A stretch of 64,000 nt of DNA, taken from NCBI RefSeq assembly GCF_036321535.1, contig NC_087447.1, forward strand, positions 37,078,001-37,142,000. The letters are read 5' to 3'. Under the pieces are notes generated by a model. The model did no database searches. It was not told the DNA's origin and worked only from the letters and a program-made list of their open reading frames with translations. Both the position numbers and the translations under genes were made by a program. Below are positions 11,363 to 23,393 of the stretch, one piece after another. This stretch comes from Camelus dromedarius (lineage: Eukaryota). Position 1 is the first letter of the stretch, and each line of letters starts with the position of its first letter.

Positions 11363-13094
11363 ATCTCTTTTCAATGTTTTATTCTCTTGACCTGCAGTAT
11401 GCACACTTCAGTAAGTGCAGGCAATGACTGTGGAAGCTTGTCCACTTGCACACAGGTACCTCCATTTCTGCAGAGGTCAATGGCCTGGTCTGCCATGGCC
11501 AAGGAAGTCCCTGGCCCACACCCGGCTCAGGGGGAATTTTCCTTTTTGCTCATGCTTCAGCAAGGGGCTGGGGACTGATGAAAGCAAGGCTTAGTTCTTG
11601 TAGTGTTTCCTGATTGGTGATCTCTGAATCTTGCATAATCAAGGAAGAAAGTCTATTCACCCTTTAAGAGGTAGCACTCATCTAGACATGGAAGAACTTG
11701 CAGGCAGAGGCATCATGAGTGCCTGTGGACATCCATGAGTGCCCATGAATCCTGGGATTAGAATGTCATTGGCTCTGCTGTTTCCAGGACTGAGAAGAAT
11801 GTGGGTGGCTCGCAGGCTGACTCACATGTTTTGGGTGTGCACTGTGAAACTCTAAGACATGCCATTCACTGTAGACTTGTGTATTTATTATACTTCTCTG
11901 GCATATGGCAGGTAGTAAAGCTCTTCAATGAAGGAGTGCCTTTTTCTAACTTGTACAGAGCATCCCAGAGGTTGGTGGTGATGCTGATTAGACAGCAATT
12001 CCTTCTCCCATCCCCTCAGTTCTGGACTCCACTCCCCACCTTTCCTCTAGTCTCATGTGTGGTTGTTCTTCCTCTTAAGGCAATGCTGACCCTGATATAC
12101 CAGGCCTGGTTGGCTGGGCCCAGAGGCTCCTTGGCCAGAGCAAACCTCTGACCGTGGGGAGCGCAGACTGAGGGTCCAAACAGCCTGAGTGAACTTACCA
12201 GCTACAAAGATTTCAACAACCAGTTTCTCCCAGGAAGGTCTGGGGAGTAAATGCTGGCTGCCAGCATGGCTCACCTCCCAAATTCCCAGGAATGGGAATG
12301 TCTCCCTCCATACTTCTATAAATGTAGAGTGAGAAAGATATTCATCCTTCTGCACGGAGCCAGGTCTCCTTCTTGGACTTCCTCCCTCCAGTTGTGCAGA
12401 AGGAGCCCTGAGCAGTGAACTGGAACCTGGGCTCTAATCCCTCTCCAACTCTCACAGACAACGCACTTCCCCTCTCTGGGACGCAGCTTTTAGGGATGTA
12501 CCTGATGGCAGGGTAAAGTGTATGATCTTAAGTCACCCCTTCCTGTATTAAATTACATCCCAGGTGCCTGGTGCAGTTTTTCGTCCCTCTGGGTCTCAAT
12601 TTGTTTTCTTGCACTATGTGTTCAAAGTCCACTGCTGGACTGGCTCCTTTCCCTTGGAATTCTCTACTCCTGCCACTACTCCTGCCATTACTCCTATTAG
12701 CCTCTGACTTCATGGTAGTGTCTGGGGTGGGGGTAGGACTTGGGGATTGTGTTTGCCTCTCAGACAGCCTTTCCTCAGGTTGTGGCTCCTGCCAATTTAA
12801 TTTGGACTGTCCAGTTTTCCATTTCTGGGCAATGAATCTTTACCAGTGCTTTAAGTGAAATCTTCATATTATTTTATTCCCCCTTTTTTTTTCCTTTTAG
12901 CACACCAGCAATATTTAAGTGCCAAGACTGTGTAGTTACAGAGGAGTATGTGCATTGAAGTGCTTGATGGGGGCACTGGGAGAAAGCTATGGGAGGAGCT
13001 GGAAGGGCGTCTGTTCTCTGTCTGAGCAAAGAGCAAGTGAAGATATATACACACTCAGGCTGGGAATGGAGATTAGACACTGGGGAGACTTTAT

Positions 13095-13275
13095 TGACAG
13101 GGAGGAATGCAGACTTGTAAAGTCTTCCTGAGTGAATGCCAGCTCCCTGTGAGGCATTGGGCTCAGGCTGTGAATCCAGAGATGAGCAAGACTCAGAGCA
13201 GCTGCCCTCATGGAACTTAAGTGGAGGTTGGAAGAAAGATGTAAACAAGTAATTACGTGTTTACAACTCTGGGGT
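13095..13275 (-). mobile_element. L2 fragment
   Basis: gagcaagactcag...ctgccctcatggaactta...gatgtaaacaagtaattac. Confidence 0.6.
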
Positions 13276-13279
13276 AGCA

Positions 13280-14828
13280 AGCATCTTTATGAGCAAGAGT
13301 CCAAATTTAAAAGCCATAGAAGAAAAGATTGATACACTTAAAGACATCAAAAATTAAAAGTTCAGTATAAAAGACACAACATAAAGTTGATGGTAAGCAA
13401 AAGATTGGCAGAAAATATTTGCAACCTATGTAACATGCAAAAGATCTTCAGCTGTGTTGTACAGAATGCCTACATACAAAAAGCAGAACAATGGACAAAG
13501 GATACATATTAGTTATCTATTGCTACGTAACAACTTGCCCTCGTATGTAGTGACTTGAGACATTTATGATCTCACAGTTTGTATAGGTCTGGAATCCAGG
13601 CATGGCTTAGTTGGGTCTTCTTGCTTGGAGTCTCTTTGCAAAACTGCACTCAAGGTGTTGGCTGGGGCTGTAATCAACTCAAGCTTGACTGGGGAAGGAT
13701 TCGCTTCCAAGCTCATGACTGTTGATAGGATTCTGTTCCTCTCAGGTTGTCGGATTGAGAGACCCAATTCCTCTCTGGCTGTTGGCTGGAAGCCACTCTC
13801 AGTTCCTCACCATGTGGGCTTCTCCACAGGACAGCTTGAAACATGGCAGCTTGCTTCAGACTGAAGAAAAGCCAGCAAGAGAGAAAGTGTGATAACAAGA
13901 TGAAAGTCACAGTCTTTTGTAACATAACCTTGGAAGTGACAAACTATCATCTTTGCCCTATTCTATTCATTAGAAGCAAGCCAACCCATCCTCAAAGGAA
14001 GAGGATTACACAAGGGCATGAATACCAAGAGGTGAGGGCCATTGGGGGCCAGTTAAGGTCTGCTGACCAGAGAGTGCCCATGGGCAATCCATAGACAGCG
14101 AACTCTCTGTAGACTTGTGAAAAGATGCTCAGTTTCACTAATAATGAGGAAGTTGGAAATAAAAACAATAAAGAGAAATCATATTTTATCCATCATATTG
14201 GGGAAAAAGAAATACTGATGACATCTAGTTTTGGCCAGAGTTTTGGGAAACAGGTATTGTCAAACAATACTGAAAGGAGAGCAAATTGATAATGAGCAAA
14301 AAATTACAGGTAACTTTTTACCCAGAAAGGGCACACATTTAAGAAGCTACTGCTGAAAAATGCAGGTACACAAAGATGCATGTACAAGGATGCTCATTAA
14401 AAGTGTCTGTGATAGGGAAAAAGTTGGAAACCACAGCCATGCCCATTTGTAAGGATTGTTAAGTAAATGATGAGACCTCCCATCTATGGAATTTAAGCTA
14501 GAGAGAAAAAGAATGAGGTAGATGGAAAGATCTTCAAATATTTTTAAGTAAAGAAAGCCAACTGCAGAATAATTCATGTAATGACATGTAAAAATAAAAC
14601 AAAAGCACACAACAAAACAAAACCATGATTTTTCTATATGCACACATGTGTATGGAGACACATACTGAGAGAACAAAAGGACACAGACCAAAGTGATGAC
14701 AGTGGTTACCACTGCGGGGAGTTAGAGGGGAGGAAGAATGGCTAAAGGGGGCTTTCGCTGTGTCTATATCGTCTTCACTCTTACAATAAGAATGTGTACA
14801 TGCATTATTTGTTTAATTAAAAAATAAC
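13280..14828 (+). mobile_element. Old L1 (L1ME-type) ORF2 end and 3' UTR, split by an MLT1 LTR
   Basis: gccatagaagaaaagattgat...gaaaatatttgcaacctat...gaaaagatgctcag...tgtacaaggatgctcatt...; ends aagaatgtgtacatgcattatttgtttaattaaaaaataa. Confidence 0.8.
13505..14071 (-). mobile_element. MLT1F-like ERVL-MaLR solo LTR
   Basis: tattagttatctattgct...tctcacagtt...caaggtgttggctggggctg...ggattacacaagggcatgaatacca...ttgggggcca. Confidence 0.85.
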
Positions 14829-15789
14829 TGAAAAGAATGGATATTTTAAAAACACACAATTACTATCAGTGGCAATGGTACTATCAGGGAGTTATCTTGA
14901 GAATTGAAAAATCCTTTCTTCTAGGAAAAGAGAGCATGCTGTAGCCATTATCCTTTGCCTGGACCCTGAATGTTCTTGAGGGGTATAAACTAGATTAGTT
15001 TACAGAGACTTGAAGCTAGAGCAGCCTATCTCAAAAAGCAGAAAGTCTAACAGGCAAATAAAAATGGAGGGAACGCTGAGAATTTGGACCTTCTCCCACA
15101 ACCTCTCTGACATTATCTCCTCAAGGCAAAATGTGAGACAGTTTGGAAATGTCATATATTCTGTCTCTTAGCTTGGGATCGGCTGGAGCCCTCATGAATA
15201 ATAGTGAGATCAGATGAGTATCCAGATGCCTTTCTGGTCTATAACATCTGCAAGGCTATCATTTCTGGTGAACTGTGGTTAAAATATTGAAATGTTTCCA
15301 TCCTAGTTAGGAAACACTCATCTACCTCCCAAACTCGATACCTTTGCCTCCTCTTGGACCCGCACCTCCCCGTGAGTCAGCAGGAAACAGGGACTATCTG
15401 GCACACCTGGGGCCCCAGGAGCTTTCCTGATAGGCTAGCATCAGTTCTGATTGGCCAGAGCTGGGCCACTGCAGTTGTGAAATATTTATACATTTGGGGT
15501 AATTCAGGATGTTTGATGCATGGGGTGATGAGCATACCACCCTGTGTAGAATTTTAAAGGAAGGTATAGGATTAATGGACATGATAATGTCTGTTTCCTT
15601 TTCCCCTTAGAGGTAGGTCATTATGGTGATGGGAGGAATAAAATTGGAAGGAGACTGGAGCCATTATTATAATACTGGGGCTTATGATATTAAAAAAATA
15701 TCCTCTCTGATTGACTTGGCTTAGACATGTGTGATGCTAAATTTCATGCTATCACAGTGCATCCTAAGATTCTTATGCATGTGCCAATG

Positions 15790-16110
15790 TAGACAGAATG
15801 GCAGTGCATGCGGTGAAGGAAGCAGGCACGTGCACAGAATGCTAGGAGAGCCCAGACAAAAGGACAGATCAGGGAAGACTTCCTGGAGGAGTTGATCCCT
15901 GAGCCTACCTGACCTTTGGAAGACAAATAAGAATTAACCAGTGGAAGAGAAGAAGGAAGGGTATTTCAGACAATGAGAAAAGTGATCAGGAAAAAAAAAC
16001 AAAACAAAACTTGAAAGGGAGTTTACCATGGTTGGAGAAAAGGTGTGGATCATGGGCTGGGAGGAGACTGGGTATAGAGGCCAGGACAAGTGTAGGTGGG
16101 AGTCCTTGGT
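15790..16110 (-). mobile_element. L2 fragment
   Basis: atcagggaagacttcctggaggag...ttggaagacaaataagaattaaccag...tatttcagaca. Confidence 0.75.
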
Positions 16111-16419
16111 GACATAACCATTGCAAGAAGAAATGCACCTTGCTGGGCTTAAGTACATGTGCCATTTCCCCACCTTTCCTATGCTGCCTGAAAGCTTTTC
16201 TTTCAGAAAGTCTAGATTCTTCCTCTCAAAAATCTAACTCTGTGTCTTGCCATCTTCCCCCACCCCTTGTCCAGGAAAAAGATTGAATTTTGAACAAAAG
16301 CATTAGCATGATAGGAATCTCAGGCAGCAGTTGCATCTGAGACTTCTCTTGGTAAAGATGTAACCCATGGCTTCAAAATGACTGACTAGGGTTCCTAGGA
16401 CCTTTGACTTCAACATCAA

Positions 16420-16436
16420 GGGTCAGACCGAGTTCA
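16420..16436 (+). promoter_or_regulatory. Candidate DR5 retinoic acid response element
   Basis: GGGTCA-gaccg-AGTTCA is an exact match to RGKTCA-N5-RGKTCA; function not shown. Confidence 0.4.
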
Positions 16437-16689
16437 CCTGAGACAGAAAACCAATTGTAAGCCATGGAATTCTGGGTCTGGAAGGGCTCTTCTCAGGGAG
16501 TGAGGTGGACATTCCCTGTGGTCACAAAAAAAGAGTCCCAGAGGCTGCCCCATCAGGCGGCCCGCAGGCACCACCTTACCTCCTCCACCCCTCCCTGTGC
16601 GGGTGAGGATGCTGCAGGGAGGTGGGGGTGCAGGACGGGCTTCATCCAGCTCTTGTGAGGCCCAGGAGTTGTGACTTGTTTCTCCTAAG

Positions 16690-16820
16690 CAGAGTGTGGT
16701 GTCAAGAACTCTGTCTGATTTCATGTCTGTTGGTTACTTTAACAGTTACTGGTGAAGATACCATAGATAAGTTGTTTAAATTCTCTGAACCTCAGATTCC
16801 TCAGCTGCAAAATAAGGAAG
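16690..16820 (+). mobile_element. MIR SINE fragment
   Basis: gataagttgtttaaattctctgaacctcagattcctcagctgcaaaataagg. Confidence 0.75.
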
Positions 16821-18289
16821 GCGGTAACACCATGGAGGCCCTCTGTAGTTGCCCTGGACCCTGTGCAGGAGGAACCAACTCCTTTGGTGATGTCTACCGC
16901 TATCTTCCCTGCAGCTCCTGGGGGATAGAGTCATTTTTGCAGAGAGCCTGTGCTTTAGGTCTTGGATAAACCTTTCAATGGAGTTTTGGGTCATGTAAAG
17001 GGGACACCCAGCTCCTGTTCCCAAATGGTGAGGTTGAGAAAATAAGAGAAGCCGCCTTGTACGGGGACTGCTTCTCTATGGATGATTTGCTGGATGGGTG
17101 CCAACATGGGAGCTGGCTGGCTTTGGAGAAATGGTTTGTTTCATTTCTTTGTTTATTGGTTTCTCCTTCTTACTGGTCCAGGGAGAAAGTTGAAGAGCCC
17201 AGATGGAGCAGCCCCCTAGAAGATGACGTGGATAATGATGGCAGGACTGGTGAGGAGACTAGAGGTGAGGCACTTTTTGTCCACTCTTCATTAGTCCAGG
17301 AAGTTCTGAGAGGATAGACGCTCACGGGCAAAGGCACTCCATGGTAGGGGGAATCCCTGCAACATGGTGGCAGGTGGGGAAGGGGTAGCCTAAAGAAGGG
17401 AGGTCAGAGGGCCGTCTCATGGAGGCCACGTCTGGTGGTCTTCAGGGGCCGTGATGCCCTGTGTTCAGTTCAGGTGTTTTTTCCTCTTTTCATGTTTTTC
17501 CTTCAGATTATTCTCAAATCCTCGCCAACATGATGCTAATTGTTTAGTCCTTCCTGGTCTTACTAAGTGTTGGAAAATTACATCAGAGCCAAAGTTTATA
17601 CTTAGGGCAAAGAGTTCCAGGGAGAAGGTGGCTGTTAGCAGCATGAAGGGGGAGAGGAGGAACGGCTGCGGTGACCCTCACCCCCACCGGAGGCCCTGCA
17701 GGAATCCTTGGGCTTGGGAGCCCGCTGTAAGGGCAGGCTTCCTGGAGTCCCCCAGGAAAGGCGCTTGGACTCTGGAGTTGGGAGTTGTTTCTGTTTTGCA
17801 GAGCCAATTGGGTATCTCCTCCCTGCTCTGGGTTCTGAGAAATAGACAAAAGGGTCAAAGTGCAGTGTCAGCAGTCCTGCTGACGAGGCACCTGGCACCA
17901 GAACGAGAGTCCTCTTCTGCACTTTAGTCTAGCTGTCAGCTGTCTGAAGGAAAACTGGGTCTGCCAGACACCCTGAGCTGCCTGCATGGAAGATCACAGC
18001 GCCCTCATCTGACAACAGGAGGATTCAACAACCCTAACCAGTGAAGCCACCCATCACCTCCTCCTGTTACAAATGGATGGACCCAGGGAAGTCACATTCC
18101 CGCCAGCTCACCCATCAGACACACTGCCTGTCCCAGGAAGGAGCCTAGGAGAGGGTGAAGCAAAGGGCAAAAGATTTCTTCCTAATACTTTGGGGGAAAG
18201 AGAGAATGGTTTCCTCATATGCATTAAGATTAAAGATGGTCCTTGAAGGGAGGAGAACCTGAAGACTATACTTACAATGGTAAGTTATG

Positions 18290-18598
18290 AGAAGCAGCTT
18301 TGGGATGCGTTAAAGCACACACGCAGGACTAATCCTGGCTCTGCAACTTACTAGCAGTGAGACCTTGGGCATGTTACTTAACATCTTTGGGAATCAATGC
18401 TCTCATCCGTAAAATGAGGATTGATAATAACATCAACTTCATACTGTGTTGGATTGAATCGGCATTGTTATGAGGATTAAATATGTTGACACATGGAAAG
18501 CTATCAGGTCAGTGTTGTCATTGCCTTGACCCGTTTGAAAGTGTACGAGCTCAGCACAGCTCCTGGCCCAGAGCTGGCAATCAGTAAATGGTAGTTGA
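18290..18598 (+). mobile_element. MIR SINE, near full length
   Basis: aatcctggctctgcaacttactagcagtgagaccttgggcatgttacttaac...ctcatccgtaaaatgagg...tgaggattaaat...cagtaaatggtag. Confidence 0.85.
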
Positions 18599-19402
18599 AT
18601 CCACCGTTCTGTCTTTGGGGTGAAAATCATCACTAGACATCCTGCCAGTGAGTGGGAGTGGTCAGCAGGAAGAGCTGTGGTTCTGGATATGGTCTTCTTT
18701 TCAGAAAAAAATCTACTAGATTGTTCCAGTCATAGCAGTTGGAGAGAAACTCCTTTCCCCAGTGGGGCCAGTGATTTACTCTCCCGTGGTGAGTATAGAC
18801 CGTCGCTAATGCAGCGTGTGTGACCCTAGCTCTTCTAAACTTTTAGTGTCTATGGGTTTTACCAATCCCTGGCCTCTCCTAAATGTCTGGAGAGGGGGCC
18901 TGTCTCTCCTGCCCCCTCCATCTCCTGCCTGCAGCCTTCTAATGAAACGGCAGCCCTTGGGTGGAAACCCTGAGCTCGCAGAGCCCTCGCCAATGAGAGG
19001 CTGGACTCGGCTTGCCTGCTTCCTTACAGAGCGCAGGATGAGGCAAGAGGCCAAGGCGATTTCCTCTCTTTTACTGCGTCATAAAAAAGCATCTCATTCT
19101 GCACGTGACACCTCTCAGGGGCTCATGCCCAGGCCATGATTAGCAGATAATCTCATAAAGGCCTGTGGTCCAGCTGCCAAGACCCACCTGTGGGAGAAAG
19201 CAAAGGCCTGCGACAGAGACCCCTTCCCACAGCCTCGAAGCCCAGTCCTCCTGAAGTCACTCTTTTCCCATCTGGAGATAATCCAGGCCCTCCTACTCCT
19301 TGCTGGCTTAGCTCCCTGGCCACCATCTTACCTTCTCAAAGAGAAGCCTGCCCCCCAACCACCCAGACACTAGCAACAAAACAACCTCATTCTCTGACTG
19401 AA

Positions 19403-19560
19403 TCATAGAAGTTTTGAACTAGGAACTTTCGAAGTTGTCCAGTAGTAAAACACTTTCGTGTTACTGGTGGGGAAAATGAGGTGCAGAGACACCAAGGGAC
19501 TTCCCAGGGGCACGCCACAAAGGCATGGTAGAAGAGGGGTTGGAATCCAGATGTCTTGAC
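19403..19560 (-). mobile_element. MIR SINE fragment
   Basis: ggggaaaatgaggtgcagaga...gacttcccagggg...tggaatccagatgtcttgac. Confidence 0.75.
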
Positions 19561-19914
19561 ACGTCTCTAAAGGATCCGTTGTCTGCACCCCCACTGACCA
19601 ACCCTCGGGCCTCTCCTGGCTGAGCGTTCATTATGTCAGAGCCGCCCAAGAAATACCTGCGTGAGCTCCTCGGCTGGCCCTGAAGCCATCTCAGGAATCA
19701 CCAGAGCTGCCCATATGCCTGTTCAGCTCAGCAGGGACACCCAGGCGGCGACAGGGGACTCATGACTTTGGTCGGTGGCAGAGGCCCCTCTGGGAGCTGC
19801 ATAAGCAGCTGACTTGTAATCACTGGGAGACCTGGATGGAGTTAGGGCCGCCGGGCACAGCCCCTGTGGGTGACCAGCACAGGCCATTCCTCTTCCAGCC
19901 TAGAGAGGGCACAG

Positions 19915-20150
19915 GGTAGAGGAACCGGCCAGGGCTTGGGCATGGGACAGGCCTGAGCTCCCGGTGCTGTCACTTTCTAGCTGTGTGACATTTGGCCATA
20001 CAGTTCTCACTGAACTACATCTTAAAAATAAGAGTAAGAATTGCAGGCATCCTAGGCTGTTGTGAAATTTAGAGGGGATTCCTCATAGATGTGCCTAGCA
20101 TGGAGCCCGACTCGGTGAGCACTCGGCGCACAGTTATGATGATTGTTACT
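19915..20150 (+). mobile_element. MIR SINE fragment
   Basis: gacaggcctgagctcccggtgctgtcactttctagctgtgtgacatttgg...tgttgtgaaattta...gtgcctagcatggagcc. Confidence 0.7.
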
Positions 20151-20548
20151 ATCCTTCCCACTTGTACCAAATCAGACAAATCGCAGCCTGTCTCTGAGCC
20201 TCAAATTTCTCATCTGAAATAGTGAGATTATCCCTACTCCATTCTTAACCAAATGTTTGTGGAGAAGCACACAGTGGGTTTTCCGGTCGGTGCTAGTTCC
20301 TTCCTTCCATCAGCAAGCGGGCATTCTGGTAGACAGAAAAAAATGCAAGTCAGCTGAAGGTTCAGTCTCAAGTTCTGTTATTTCCACTATGGTTGCTAAA
20401 CACCTCTGTATATATCTGTATCTGCATCTGTATCTGTGTGTATATCTGTCTCTGTAACTATTTCTATATGACATAGATGCTTCTAGTCTTTTCCTTTTTT
20501 AAAATAGAACAAAGGCAAACCATTCAACTGTATTGGAAAAAGACAGAT

Positions 20549-20670
20549 GGGAGGGTTAGATCAGTGGTAGAGTGTGTGCTTAGCATGCAGGAGGTCCTGG
20601 GTTCAATCTCCAGTATCTCCATTTAAAAACAAAAAAACAAAAAAACCCCCACCAAAACTAATTACCCTCC
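20549..20670 (+). mobile_element. tRNA-Ala(AGC)-derived SINE, camelid Vic-1-like
   Basis: gggagggttagatcagtggtagagtgtgtgcttagcatgcaggaggtcctgggttcaatctccagtatctcca (tRNA-Ala-like head with B box), then an A-rich linker and ctaattaccctcc; a second copy of the family lies at 55.9-56.05 kb. Confidence 0.85.
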
Positions 20671-20684
20671 AAGTAAATAGACAT

Positions 20685-20905
20685 TTAAAAATGATACAAG
20701 CTTATTATAAATAATATAATAGAGAAAAGTTTAAAGATTAAGTATAGTAAGATAACCCCACATAGCACTGCTCAGAAATAACCCTTACTGAGAATAAATA
20801 AACGCCATCACTGTTATCTTTGTATTTGTATATATATACATAGAAAAATAGATATTCAAACTCACTTTAATAGAAATGAGATAATTCTAAACACAGTTTT
20901 AAAAT
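20685..20905 (-). mobile_element. Degraded old L1 3' UTR fragment (L1MC/ME-type)
   Basis: AT-rich with cagaaataaccc...tagaaatgagataattctaaacacagtttt motifs. Confidence 0.45.
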
Positions 20906-21289
20906 CTGAAGTACTACCTTCAGCCTTCCTGGAATTCTGCAGAACACACGCCAGAGTCAAACTACAGAGTACTGAGTACGTGCTCCGTCACTGTAGGACA
21001 GTTCGTGAGAAACCCTTTAGGTTGATCAAAGTGATTATGGAATACTTCAGGAGGGGGCAGCCATCGTTTTTTTTCTTTTTTTTTTTTTAAACAAGTTTCA
21101 ATTTTAGGATCAATCGTGTCTGGGCTGGGAAAGATTAGGACATTAGTCCTCCCACGTGTCTTCCAGCTCCCCGCCCCGCACAATCTGCATGTTGTTAGTC
21201 AGATGATTAGTTTTATGTTGTCCAGACTTGTAGCTCTGACTCTCGGCTCTGTCACTAGAACAGTTCCCTTATTTCATGCTGTTCAATCC

Positions 21290-21440
21290 CAGCCCCAACG
21301 ACTGACTGACCTTCTATGGGGTGGGGCGGGGGCAGATAACAGACAACAAGAGAGTAAACACACGGATGGGGTGTTAGAAACTGGTGTGTGCTACAGAATA
21401 AGGGCAACAAGTACACCAGGGGCAGGGATGCGGTGTGCTG
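21290..21440 (-). mobile_element. L2 fragment
   Basis: gaccttctatggggtgg...cagacaacaagagagtaaaca...gtgtgctacagaataag. Confidence 0.55.
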
Positions 21441-21589
21441 GGGTGTGACCCTAGCTCTTCTGAACTTTCGGTGTCTGTGGCGCATCCTGCCAGAGTAAAC
21501 AAGGCAGTTGGGGCACTTGCTTCCTTGAGAGATACTGCTTCACATTAGCATACACAGTAAATGGACTTACTGCATCCCACTAGTGCGCT

Positions 21590-22400
21590 TTCCCTGGGGT
21601 TTCAATTCCTGAGCTCTCTTTTTTTCCTTCTTTATTTCCTAATTGGCAGAATGTCGTTGTCACAGAGTTTTGTTCAAGAAGGACTCTCGGGTGCTATATT
21701 CCTGGGTTTCTCAGGTTTGAGAAAGGCTGTGGCTTTTATATTTAACAACATTCTTGTGTGGCTACAGCATCCTGGGGTGCACTTTCTTTCTCTTAGGATG
21801 TTGTGAACATGGTCTTTCGGCATTAAGTGTTGCTGTGGAGAAGGCTGAGGCGAGCCGGATTTTAACCCCTTGTAATGAATGGTTTGCTTTTCCTGACTGA
21901 GTGTTCCAAGTGTCCTTGTTTAACTAGCGCACATCTAGCTCCAGCTGTTAGCATTAAATTTTCCAGGAACATGGTATGTCTTTCAATTTGCATATTCAAT
22001 TTTTTTTCTTGATTTAGATTATTTTTTAAAATGTTACCTTTGGGTTGGACATTTCTTATTTTTTATTTATTAGTTTTTAAAAAAATCTATCAGCTTCACC
22101 GTACTTGTTGCAAATATCTTTGTTTTAATCTGTATTTGCCATGATTATCTCAAAGTCTCCTCCATAGAAATAATTTATTTGCAGTGGAATATACCTGTTC
22201 CTTGCTCTAACTTTTGTGTTAGCTCCTAATGATGTGGTTTGGGTGCTCAATTTGTTTCCTTAGATCCTCAATCTCCCTTCTTGTTTTTAGTCTCATTATC
22301 TTGTCTTTCAGCCCTTCGGTTCCTGAATTTATATTCTTATTAAGATGTTCTGTGACATGAAAGAATAGTGAAGAATTTCCTTTTGTTTCTTTGCTATTTT
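21590..22400 (-). mobile_element. HAL1 / L1 ORF1-like ancient fragment
   Basis: ttcaagaaggactctcgggtgctatattcctgggtttc...cactttctttctcttagg...gtgttgctgtggagaaggctgagg...ccttgtaa resembles reverse HAL1 ORF1 3' part. Confidence 0.65.
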
Positions 22401-22919
22401 TTCTCCTATGTTGGTTCTTTGTCTGTCTCCTTCCTTCCTTCTTTCTTTCCTCCCTTTTTCCTCCTTTCTCCCTTCCCTCTCCTGCCTCACTTTCTTTCTT
22501 TCCTTCTTTCATAATGCATCTGCATAGTTCTTTCATAAATAAGAGAGGAATTTTTATGATGCTGTTTCAACTCACCAACACAACATTTGTAGAAGCTCAT
22601 TATAAAGTGTCTGATTTCTGTTTCCCTGCCTTGGAAAGTAGCATCTGGGGAATGCATTTGAATCTAGGTTTGTTGCTTAAGACTCTAGAGGAGCCTCAGG
22701 GCCTCCATTTCTTACTGTTTCCCCATCCAGCGTAGTGAACTGAGGCAGAGATTTAGATCAAAGACTTCATGGGTCATCCTTTTTGGGATGCATGGATCCC
22801 AGCGGGGGTGCTGGGATGTGGACCAGTGGGGAAAATGCTAGGACTACACTACAGGAGCCCGAAGAAACTGACCTGAGGGAGCAAGGAATCCAATCTGTAG
22901 TATCCAAACTGAAAACTTA

Positions 22920-23120
22920 GGAACAGTATATACAGTGGCTGAGAGATACGGACAAACTGGTGTTTGGTCCTGGTGCAGGTCCTCTGCAACTTACTGGTTT
23001 TGTAATCTGTACAAGGGGGCTGACAATCTGCCTCACAGAATCATGGTGAGGATTAGATCAGATAATGAAAGCAACAATGACCTGAGTGATGACAGCTTTA
23101 ATAAATGCTAGCATTTTCTA
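22920..23120 (+). mobile_element. MIR SINE fragment
   Basis: ctctgcaacttactgg...atctgtacaagggg...cctcacagaatcatggtgaggattagatcagataatg...ataaatgctag. Confidence 0.75.
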
Positions 23121-23393
23121 TGGCTAGGATGAATGGTATACAAAGTGCTGATAGGCATTGATAGCAGAGAATGTCTAATCAGAAGGTAGCACTGAGCAGC
23201 AGAACTATGTATTGAAGGTGACACAGAGCTGTGCTGGTTTGGTGCCAGCCACCGTATTTAAGGCTGCTGGTTAATCATTCACAGTAGGACCCCAGACTGT
23301 GGCTGGGAGGCCATGGAGGGCAAACTCCACCTCCACACTGCTGGTGAGAAAAGAGGGCACCTCCAAGAGCCAGACAGGGTCGCTTGCTTTGGT

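Noticed and set aside
17182..17264. Possible coding exon (cag|GGAGAAAG...GAG|gtgagg; EKVEEPRWSSPLEDDVDNDGR)
   Set aside because: Isolated, with no recognisable homology and no partner exons; compatible with chance splice-like signals.
17451..17927. 158-aa ORF (also the 163-aa ORF at 49150-49641 and other 100-140 aa ORFs)
   Set aside because: Composition is typical of random GC-rich frames, several run through MIR/L2/MLT repeats, and none resembles a protein I know.
20549..20621. Possible tRNA-Ala(AGC) gene (also at 55981-56055)
   Set aside because: The D-arm/A-box and acceptor stem are mutated, and each is followed by a shared SINE tail; these are SINE heads, not tRNA genes.
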